This document shows, in pieces, positions 56,810 through 64,000 of a stretch of 64,000 bases of DNA. Each line of letters opens with the position of its first letter. The stretch's first letter is position 1. Below the pieces are notes generated by a model that saw only the letters and a program-made list of their open reading frames with translations, was not told where the DNA came from and did no database searches. Position numbers and translations under genes: made by a program. The DNA is taken from IMG/VR virus record IMGVR_UViG_3300049736_000695, positions 14,400-78,399 of that record, one strand, 5' to 3'. This stretch comes from a virus.

Positions 56810-59029
56810 TTAGAAGTCAATTTCACAAGCTCCGCCGGCACAGGCTGCTGCGCCCATAGTATCTACATCAGTAAATACTTGTTCTGTAAGATCTTCATTC
56901 CAATTAACTGGTGCCAAGTTTTGTTGAATTTTATTCCACTTATGGAAAAGATAGGCATCTTTCAAACAATACTCTGCTTGTTTAATATCACTGTTTAAAT
57001 AGTTATTTGCAAAGTTTTCAAAACGTCTTACCCAATCTTGTCTTGCAGAATTCTCTGATGACTCGAGAGATATGTCTAAACCATAGCCTTGAGCTGTAGA
57101 GCATGCATCCCATAGATTAGGAAATACTTTCATTGCATCAACTACAAGACCCGATGCAAAGATAGCAGATGGACCGTATTGTTTGATCATTTGCTTTTCA
57201 TCAATCACTGCAGTATTTGGTGCCTGATTATAGTCTTTATCACCCATTGCAGATAAGAATGAGATACCTGAGAATGAATAACGATTCTCGAAGACATACT
57301 TTTCTACTTCATCCCAATCATCTACAATAATAGTATTTGATACGTTATGTCGAATACCTTCATCTGCACAAAGTTCTTCGTTTGTACCTGCAACAACCCA
57401 ATGTTTTTGAGCAGTTTTAACAAGCTCTAGATGTTTTACACCAAGCAATTCATCTTTATACATTGAACCTTTATTTGGAATAATAGGATAAGAAATAACA
57501 ACATCTGTGCCATTGGCAGACCATACTGATTCTTCAACCATATATGGATTTGATTTAATAATAGCTTGTGTAATCTCAGATTCTTTATTCATTTGAATAT
57601 TACGAATGTATTTTGATGAATGCTCTGCATGGATTCCACTTGCTGTTTGAAGTAGAACTGATGCATTGCCTGATGGTTTTACACAAGTAGTACGAGCAGC
57701 AGGATTAATACCAATGATTTCAGCAACCATCTTATTTACCTTCTTAACAATCTTAGCGCCCTTTTCTAAAACTTTTTCATTAAACAAAACCTCAGGATTG
57801 TTCATCCAACCTGTAATTGATACACCGAGCAATGCTTCACGATCAAAGATTTTCTTTGATACTGGTGATAGGAATCTAAAGTCTGTATAACCAGCTTGTA
57901 GTGTACCAAGGATAGCGCCTGCACGACATGCTGTATAGAAATCTTCAGGAGTTTTACATAGACCACCATTGATCTCTGTAAGGTTACAACCTTGCCAACC
58001 GGACTCACCTTCGTATTGTGGATACATTCCAATCTCAACACAAGGGTTTGTAGTGTGTTCTTTTGAAGTTGTAAAGTAGAATCCTGGCTCACCAAACGAT
58101 TTAACTGATTCCATAATCTTTGCAAACATTTCAGGAGTTGCTTCATCACGGACAATTACTGCAGAGTTGTTTGAACGACCACGCTGTGGGTTATCCATAA
58201 ACCAATTACCAGTTTTAGCAGTCATCATCTCTTCATCTTCTGGAGAAAAGAGACAAATAGTTGCAGAACGGCGTACACCACCCGACAGTACAGCATCTGC
58301 TGCATGCATACAAATGTCATATACTGTAATAGGTCTAATAGGATTAGGTTCTTTAGAATCAATTACGAGATTCTGTAGAATTAATTCAATCTTATCTAGA
58401 GACTTACGTAAACCTTCTGGACCAGGCGCTTTAAAACCACCAGAAATTTTAGCACCTTTTGGGCGAATATGAGTAAGATCAAAGAATACTCTACGACCTT
58501 CATATTCTGGAAACTTACCACCACCAACAAAATAAGAAGATAGCAATACGTCTAATGCAGATGCCCAACCTTCGATTGAGTCTTCTACAATATAACCTTT
58601 TGCCTGTTTCGTTCTTTGTTGGATTTGTGGAAGTTTTGCGACATGGTGTTCTTGTACAGAAAATCCTGCACCAGCACCACAAAGGAGAATATAAAAATAC
58701 TCTCCAAAAAATTCAGGTCTATCCGCATATGATGAGGTGCAATTATACATTCTCATTTGATGCTTCATAAGCTGTTCACCACCAAATTGTAAAGCGCGCT
58801 GAGCGCCAAGCACACGTTGTTCTTTATATGCAGAACGGGCTTCTTCTAAATATGGCCGTAGTTTCGATTCAAATTCTTCATAATTTCCTTCATGCATTTC
58901 TAATACACGGTCTACGGCTTCATCCCATGATTCATATCCGCCATTGCCTGTTTCTTTAAAACGCGAATAGCCTTCATAAAACTTGGTCTGAGACAAAAAC
59001 TCACGTGTGTCTACGTTTGGTGTAGCCAT
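56810..59029 (-). CDS. nrdJ: Class II (adenosylcobalamin-dependent) ribonucleotide reductase, monomeric RTPR type
   Basis: MYNC, LLCGAGAGFSV, DSIEGW, IRPKGA.I, GVRRSA, TNPCVEI, CNLTEIN, TTCVKPSG, C-terminal ACAGGACEI. Confidence 0.9.
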   Translation of the reverse strand: MATPNVDTREFLSQTKFYEGYSRFKETGNGGYESWDEAVDRVLEMHEGNYEEFESKLRPYLEEARSAYKEQRVLGAQRALQFGGEQLMKHQMRMYNCTSSYADRPEFFGEYFYILLCGAGAGFSVQEHHVAKLPQIQQRTKQAKGYIVEDSIEGWASALDVLLSSYFVGGGKFPEYEGRRVFFDLTHIRPKGAKISGGFKAPGPEGLRKSLDKIELILQNLVIDSKEPNPIRPITVYDICMHAADAVLSGGVRRSATICLFSPEDEEMMTAKTGNWFMDNPQRGRSNNSAVIVRDEATPEMFAKIMESVKSFGEPGFYFTTSKEHTTNPCVEIGMYPQYEGESGWQGCNLTEINGGLCKTPEDFYTACRAGAILGTLQAGYTDFRFLSPVSKKIFDREALLGVSITGWMNNPEVLFNEKVLEKGAKIVKKVNKMVAEIIGINPAARTTCVKPSGNASVLLQTASGIHAEHSSKYIRNIQMNKESEITQAIIKSNPYMVEESVWSANGTDVVISYPIIPNKGSMYKDELLGVKHLELVKTAQKHWVVAGTNEELCADEGIRHNVSNTIIVDDWDEVEKYVFENRYSFSGISFLSAMGDKDYNQAPNTAVIDEKQMIKQYGPSAIFASGLVVDAMKVFPNLWDACSTAQGYGLDISLESSENSARQDWVRRFENFANNYLNSDIKQAEYCLKDAYLFHKWNKIQQNLAPVNWNEDLTEQVFTDVDTMGAAACAGGACEIDF

Positions 59030-59071
59030 TTGATACCTCGATATAAGATTGTTTTTTTATTTGTTGGTACT

Positions 59072-59101
59072 ATTATATATTAAAACGCGTGTCTTGTAAA
59101 C
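59072..59101 (-). promoter_or_regulatory. Early promoter for nrdJ
   Basis: GTTTACA-N17-TATAAT. Confidence 0.72.
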
Positions 59102-59146
59102 ACTTATTTTAGTACCTAAGAGTAATATTTTATAGAAAAGTGTTTT

Positions 59147-59359
59147 CTAATCTTTAAAATACTTATAAATTACTTCTAATATATCATCGTACCTAGCAAT
59201 TTTTTCCATCTCTGCTACTACTGCTTCTGTAATATCAGAGTGTTCACCAATACCCGCTGGATTTGCGAGGTATACTTCTACATTCATTTTATGAATTGCA
59301 ATGTTACCTTTAGCATGTTCTTCTACTGCAGCTAACATATCGTCTCTCAAGTCTTGCAT
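59147..59359 (-). CDS. Conserved hypothetical protein
   Basis: NVEVYLANPAGIGEHSDI. Confidence 0.7.
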   Translation of the reverse strand: MQDLRDDMLAAVEEHAKGNIAIHKMNVEVYLANPAGIGEHSDITEAVVAEMEKIARYDDILEVIYKYFKD

Positions 59360-59817
59360 TATTTTTTCCTTGCTTTATCAATTGCTCTAGAACCAAACCA
59401 AAATGAAATGATAGCTGCAAAGATTGCCTTTGTATCTTCATCCCATAATAACTGAATTGCTTCAGAAAATTCGGTTCCCTTTTCAAGTGCTTCCATTAAA
59501 AGTGTAATTTCAATAGTAGCAAATAGTCCAAAGAACGCATAGGTAATTACTGGTCTTACAGATCTTTGCAATCCAGAGATAAACCCTGTTCCTTTGTTAA
59601 TACTTATATCATGTTGAATCAGACGATCGTGCTCTTTGTCTGCACCCATCTGTTCGTAGACTTTAATTTCATGGTCATAGCCTTGAGCTCTCAGCTCGGC
59701 CATTGTCTTCATCTTCTCGATTTCATGCTTCTTATCTGCTTTGTCCTTAAACGAATCTGTAATCGCGGGTACAGCAGAGGAAGCAAATCCAATCAGTGAT
59801 CCTAATATTGAAAGCAT
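59359..59817 (-). CDS. Membrane protein, holin-like
   Basis: Amphipathic N-terminus, SVRPVITY TM segment, IISFWFGSR. Confidence 0.6.
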   Translation of the reverse strand: MLSILGSLIGFASSAVPAITDSFKDKADKKHEIEKMKTMAELRAQGYDHEIKVYEQMGADKEHDRLIQHDISINKGTGFISGLQRSVRPVITYAFFGLFATIEITLLMEALEKGTEFSEAIQLLWDEDTKAIFAAIISFWFGSRAIDKARKK

Positions 59818-59825
59818 AATATCCT

Positions 59826-61094
59826 CTAGAAAGTTAATGTTGAATTTAAGTCAGTTGCATCTAGCATTTGAATAGAGACAGTACCAGAACTTGATTGTCT
59901 ATTATTAATTTGACCACCAATATATGTTGGAACACCAGGAGTTGCATTAGATGCTACGTGAATCCACGTGTTTGCTCCAGTGCCAGGACTTGTTCCGCTA
60001 GATTTGACCCAAAACTTTGATCCTGCAGATGGGCTATAACGATACGCAACATAAAAATTGCTTAATCCACCAAACGCAGTTGATCCTAATGTAGTCTTTG
60101 CTCCTGTACCATTCCAAACGTCAGCATAACCTACGCCACTAGCATTATCTCCATTACGACTATTTAATGATACGGATTCTATTGCGGTGCTTTGGGATGC
60201 GTTATACACTCTAAAAACACCGGTGCCTCTGTGATTTGAGTTTCCGGAAAGTCCCTTGAACCAGTATACTGCTAGGAATTCACCATCGGGCAATGCCATT
60301 GTTGTAGGTCTAACTAACATACCATCAAATAGTTTTGAGTGCGTAGTCATATTCCACTGATAGGCGCTAGTATCATAATTTGTAGTAATTGTACCACCAT
60401 CGCCGTACGCATCTACCATTGAAACTGTAGCATTTTGCCATGCAGTGCCATGTGTTGTAGGTTTGACTACTCCACCTGCTAATCCAATGTAGTTAATTGT
60501 TGTATCTTTTGATAGAATATTAATACCGTCTGTTGCTTTAAATGTATATGTAAATACTCCACCAGCAGAATCATTGTGTAATCCGGCTGCAACGTTACTC
60601 CATACTACCGTAGAAGAATTCGGTGTAAATGTAACAGTTCCAGCATCTGAATCTACCACTATGCTTTGCATAAGCGGATCAGCAGAATCTGATGCAGTAC
60701 CAAGATACTTAATTGGTACACCTTCTGGATCAGCAGCTCCTATTGTAACAACTAAAGGTGTGGCGCTATCGTCAATTGAATAAGATGCTGCAGGTTCACC
60801 GACACCAGATCCGATACTATCAGCCCATGTTGGGGTTGTATTAACAATTGTAGCCGAATACCATCCAGTACCATTGTAGATATACATACGGCTATTTGAG
60901 TTTACAAATGCCATACTTCCTTCTGTAGCAGTAGATAAAGGAAGATTGCCAATAGAATCGTATACGGTAAGAGAACCCCCACCTGAACCACTGGCATCAT
61001 TAATTGTAGCAAGTGCGACGGAAGAAGTGTTTGTTACTACGGTTTTACCAAGAAACCTAGCCATTCTTCTATTAGGACTTCTAAATGGTGGCAT
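59826..61094 (-). CDS. Virion/fibre protein with DS-rich N-terminal half
   Basis: VYDSIGNLP...GSMAFV....MYIYNGTGW, cadherin-like ADPEG...FKATDG; 6 DS, all in the first ~180 aa. Confidence 0.65.
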   Translation of the reverse strand: MPPFRSPNRRMARFLGKTVVTNTSSVALATINDASGSGGGSLTVYDSIGNLPLSTATEGSMAFVNSNSRMYIYNGTGWYSATIVNTTPTWADSIGSGVGEPAASYSIDDSATPLVVTIGAADPEGVPIKYLGTASDSADPLMQSIVVDSDAGTVTFTPNSSTVVWSNVAAGLHNDSAGGVFTYTFKATDGINILSKDTTINYIGLAGGVVKPTTHGTAWQNATVSMVDAYGDGGTITTNYDTSAYQWNMTTHSKLFDGMLVRPTTMALPDGEFLAVYWFKGLSGNSNHRGTGVFRVYNASQSTAIESVSLNSRNGDNASGVGYADVWNGTGAKTTLGSTAFGGLSNFYVAYRYSPSAGSKFWVKSSGTSPGTGANTWIHVASNATPGVPTYIGGQINNRQSSSGTVSIQMLDATDLNSTLTF

Positions 61095-61270
61095 TATCCT
61101 ATGCCTTTTTCTTGATAATAGTCTCTAAACCGTTTCAATAAAAGAGGTTTGCCTTTTTTCTTACGACGATCATGTACAGTTTTTGGTTTAAATCGAGGAC
61201 CCATGGCAGTAGTTGCTGGATTAGGAATCGCAGAAGTATTTACTGTTGGTTCTTCTTTTATATTTTTCAT
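61094..61270 (-). CDS. Small basic protein, possibly prohead/internal (58 aa, not in ORF track)
   Basis: MKNIKEEPTVNTSAIPNP...RRKKKGKPLLLKRF; AGGA SD. Confidence 0.55.
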   Translation of the reverse strand: MKNIKEEPTVNTSAIPNPATTAMGPRFKPKTVHDRRKKKGKPLLLKRFRDYYQEKGIG

Positions 61271-61279
61271 AATATTTCC

Positions 61280-61783
61280 TTAATACCAGATTTGAGAGTT
61301 TCCGGAAGCACCACCTCCGCCGCCTCCGCCTCCGCCAGCAACATCAGAAGCTATGCCACGAGCATACGTAAATCTGCTTCCAACTTCAATTCCATATTTA
61401 TTTCTTAACTCTTGTAAATCGAAAGACGGCGTATATGCGTCATATACCTCATATCTAAGCACACTTGAAAATGAGGTATACGTATGATCATAGTTTGCGT
61501 ATTTAGCACTAATCTTCGCGGTGTCATTTACCGTTTTATTTACTTGGTAATTAATACCGTTAAATGTATAATTAGATTGCGTTGCGCTACCCGTCATGGT
61601 ATAATCTGAATCTACTTCAGATCCAGCTACACCGTCGCCAATATTAAATGTTACTTTTCGCGCGGAATAAGATAATGTCCCAGTAAGAGGATTTGTAGGA
61701 AGTGTTTTAATTCCTACAAATCCTACTTGTACCTGAAGGTCAGCAGAATCTTGATTATAGACTCTATAAGATAGAGTTGCCAT
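61280..61783 (-). CDS. Putative virion protein with C-terminal poly-Gly
   Basis: GGAG SD; ends AGGGGGGGGASGNSQIWY. Confidence 0.6.
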   Translation of the reverse strand: MATLSYRVYNQDSADLQVQVGFVGIKTLPTNPLTGTLSYSARKVTFNIGDGVAGSEVDSDYTMTGSATQSNYTFNGINYQVNKTVNDTAKISAKYANYDHTYTSFSSVLRYEVYDAYTPSFDLQELRNKYGIEVGSRFTYARGIASDVAGGGGGGGGGASGNSQIWY

Positions 61784-61792
61784 AGATTCTCC

Positions 61793-63688
61793 TTAGATGC
61801 TTACATTAGCAGTGATATCGCTTAATCCTGCACCAGTAATTGTCACATTCTGTGTAACATCAGCACTGGTTGAAGTAGTAACAGTTTTAACAAGAGGACC
61901 ACCTGCACTATCAAAATTCATTGTTGATCCCGTGATTGACAAATTAACGCCGACTGCGAGTCTTGTTCCTTCAACGCCGTAAGCACTTACTGCCACGTTT
62001 GTAGCAATATTACTTCCTGAGTAATTATATGAAGTTGCGGCAGGAGTAATACTTACACTATATGGCAAGTTAACTGAAAGCAAATGCACATCAGCAATGC
62101 CGCCACCAGGGGCCTTTTCCATTCCCCAAATTCTACCAAGTGAATCTCTACCTACTTGATGGAAAGTTCCTGGAATTGATGAAGCTAATGTCCAGCCAGT
62201 TGAGTTGTTCCAACCATAGACATAGAAAGCATCATTACAGAATACTCCCATAATTGTTTTTGCGTCGTTTAGATAGACCATACCGCGAGGAGTTGCAGGA
62301 ATAATAACAGCAGAGTGGTGCGTTAAGGCTGTTGGATCAGTTGCACCGCATGAATACGTTACAAATGTTCTTGCCTTTTCAGCTCCGGAATATGCGTTAT
62401 TATAGCCATTAAAGCTAAAGAGTGTTAAGTATCTTGTTCCGCTAGATACTAAAGTGTCATTCCACCATGTTTGTCTTCCAAAACTATATGATGTATTGCC
62501 TGCTTGAGTAGCATCTAGATGATGGACTGAACTTAGATCACCAGTAACAGACGTAGCCTGTTCTCGAGTAAACGCATCAGTAGAAGCATTCCATCTATAA
62601 TAAAATGGAAAGTAATTAAAGCTTGTATCAAAGTAAGGAACATAGAACCCCTTATCTCCTGATGCCGCGCCCGATGTAAAGTCAGCAAATGTCATTGACG
62701 CAAATTTAGCTGATGGGCTCAGAGCCAATGATGTGTTAGTTCTGGTTCCGCCATAACTTTGCTCAGCTGCACTTGGTGCAGTAGTGAATTGATGAGCAAC
62801 TGTTTGTGTATTAGCTGCAGGATTATAACTGTTTACGTATTGTTGATAATCATTTGCGATATTATTTTTGAAAAAGAAAGGAGTATCGTCATTTGCTGAA
62901 GCTCCAATATATTGCGTAGTATAGTTTTGAGCATATAAAGTTTGAGTGTAGGACATGGTGTCAAAAGAGAAATTGCCGTAACCATCATATGATTGCTCAG
63001 TATATACGTAACCATTAGAGCCATGCGACAAAAATACTAGTTTATCAGATGCTGCATGGTAATGAACAATATTGTGAGGCTTCATATAGTTATTTGACCA
63101 GTTATAATTGCTGTAGTTACGCTGAGACTCATTTTGGTTGAAATCAGGATTAGTAACATCTAATTCTCCTGGATTTTTCCAAGATGCAATTTGTGTTGGC
63201 GTAGCTCCTAGCCATGAGAATCTTTGCCAAATTACTCGCTTGTCTCCATTAGTAGAAGTCCATTCTGACATAGCGCCTGTTCTAGCTGTCGGGTCCATAA
63301 CCCTATAGTATGAATTCTGTACAACAGTTGCAACGTTATCACTATTATTAGTACTATTACTGTTTGATGTGGTTCTAGATTGTCTTGCATAACCAGTATC
63401 ACCGGATAGAGCCATACCGTATCCTGCATTTCCACAATATGTATCAGTACCTGCTGTAGATACGGTAGTAGACATTACTCCAGAATATCCAGACATAGTA
63501 GTATTATTTTGATAATCGTATTTTGCCACGTTTGCGGCATCATAACCTCTAAAATGAGAATCCCATTTCGGTGTTATGCTAGCCTTATTATATCCTGCTC
63601 CGTAGAGAAACATTGTGTCGCTATTGGAAGCAGCAGGATTTTCAATAACTCCAGCGACATCATTTACCGCGCTTAAAATTTTAGCCAT
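61793..63688 (-). CDS. Putative virion/receptor-binding protein
   Basis: 631 aa S/T/N/Y-rich, beta-propeller-like C-terminal region (VGRDSLGRIW) then Ig-like tail. Confidence 0.55.
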   Translation of the reverse strand: MAKILSAVNDVAGVIENPAASNSDTMFLYGAGYNKASITPKWDSHFRGYDAANVAKYDYQNNTTMSGYSGVMSTTVSTAGTDTYCGNAGYGMALSGDTGYARQSRTTSNSNSTNNSDNVATVVQNSYYRVMDPTARTGAMSEWTSTNGDKRVIWQRFSWLGATPTQIASWKNPGELDVTNPDFNQNESQRNYSNYNWSNNYMKPHNIVHYHAASDKLVFLSHGSNGYVYTEQSYDGYGNFSFDTMSYTQTLYAQNYTTQYIGASANDDTPFFFKNNIANDYQQYVNSYNPAANTQTVAHQFTTAPSAAEQSYGGTRTNTSLALSPSAKFASMTFADFTSGAASGDKGFYVPYFDTSFNYFPFYYRWNASTDAFTREQATSVTGDLSSVHHLDATQAGNTSYSFGRQTWWNDTLVSSGTRYLTLFSFNGYNNAYSGAEKARTFVTYSCGATDPTALTHHSAVIIPATPRGMVYLNDAKTIMGVFCNDAFYVYGWNNSTGWTLASSIPGTFHQVGRDSLGRIWGMEKAPGGGIADVHLLSVNLPYSVSITPAATSYNYSGSNIATNVAVSAYGVEGTRLAVGVNLSITGSTMNFDSAGGPLVKTVTTSTSADVTQNVTITGAGLSDITANVSI

Positions 63689-63902
63689 TTGGATTCATCT
63701 CCTTGTACCAAGCAATAACTTCGGCTTCATCTGCCCAATCAGTTCTAGTACCATCTTCTAAAGGTTTCCATGGTTGAACATCAACCTTTCCAGTGGTATT
63801 ATTTGTGATAGTAGCCGTGCCTTCCTCGAGGACGGCTGTGCAAAGTAACACATGATCATCTGAATCGGGACTAGCAGGATATGTAATTGTAAAATCGGTC
63901 AT
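63681..63902 (-). CDS. Small hypothetical protein
   Basis: GAGG SD; late promoter upstream. Confidence 0.6.
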   Translation of the reverse strand: MTDFTITYPASPDSDDHVLLCTAVLEEGTATITNNTTGKVDVQPWKPLEDGTRTDWADEAEVIAWYKEMNPNG

Positions 63903-63936
63903 ATGTTCCTCTATTGTATTAACTAGTTAGTTTATC

Positions 63937-63944
63937 TATTTATA
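63937..63944 (-). promoter_or_regulatory. Late promoter
   Basis: TATAAATA upstream of 63902. Confidence 0.7.
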
Positions 63945-64000
63945 CTCTTTTGTATTTAAACTGAATATTTAAGTCTTCTCCAGGAGATGATCCGCCTATT

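Noticed and set aside
9798-63435. Many 60-140 aa ORFs nested in or antisense to long genes
   Set aside because: Overlap well-supported CDSs; no SD or recognisable motifs
1-64000. Alternative genetic code or stop-codon recoding
   Set aside because: Core genes translate full-length in code 11, and TAA, TAG and TGA all act as stops

Overview
A 64 kb, AT-rich segment of a large T4-like myophage, probably aquatic. The layout is as follows. (1) 1-9183, + strand: a tightly coupled sugar-modification cluster (nitroreductase-like protein, DegT aminotransferase, three radical SAM enzymes with two stand-alone SPASM/twitch partners, NodU/TobZ carbamoyltransferase, methyltransferase, three DxD glycosyltransferases). 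(2) 9167-36626: baseplate, tail and fibre genes (DUF4815-like, gp8, gp9-like, gp7, gp6, gp25, split gp5, gp53, gp48, gp4, gp2, gp54, gp26/gp51, tape measure-like) under TATAAATA late promoters. (3) 36623-44252: gp32, gp33, small early genes behind a repeated GTGTACA-N17-TA(T/G)AAT promoter, tRNA-Gly, tRNA-Arg and two flanking structured non-coding segments. (4) 44296-50719: a second glycosylation cluster (about 7 glycosyltransferases, a sulfotransferase and a sugar O-methyltransferase). (5) 50728-59817: nucleotide and DNA metabolism, including a class II B12-dependent RNR. (6) 59826-64000: more virion/fibre genes. The main finding is that outer virion proteins of unrelated folds are heavily enriched in Asp-Ser (DS[A/D/S/G/N]) dipeptides, while inner baseplate proteins contain almost none. 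Together with the two enzyme clusters, this suggests a phage-encoded, sequon-directed virion O-glycosylation ('glycan shield') system. Also notable: a probable -1 frameshift joining gp26 to gp51, a CFI-box domain splitting the DUF4815 protein, leaderless early transcripts and candidate ncRNAs. All family calls are from motif recognition by eye; no searches were run.
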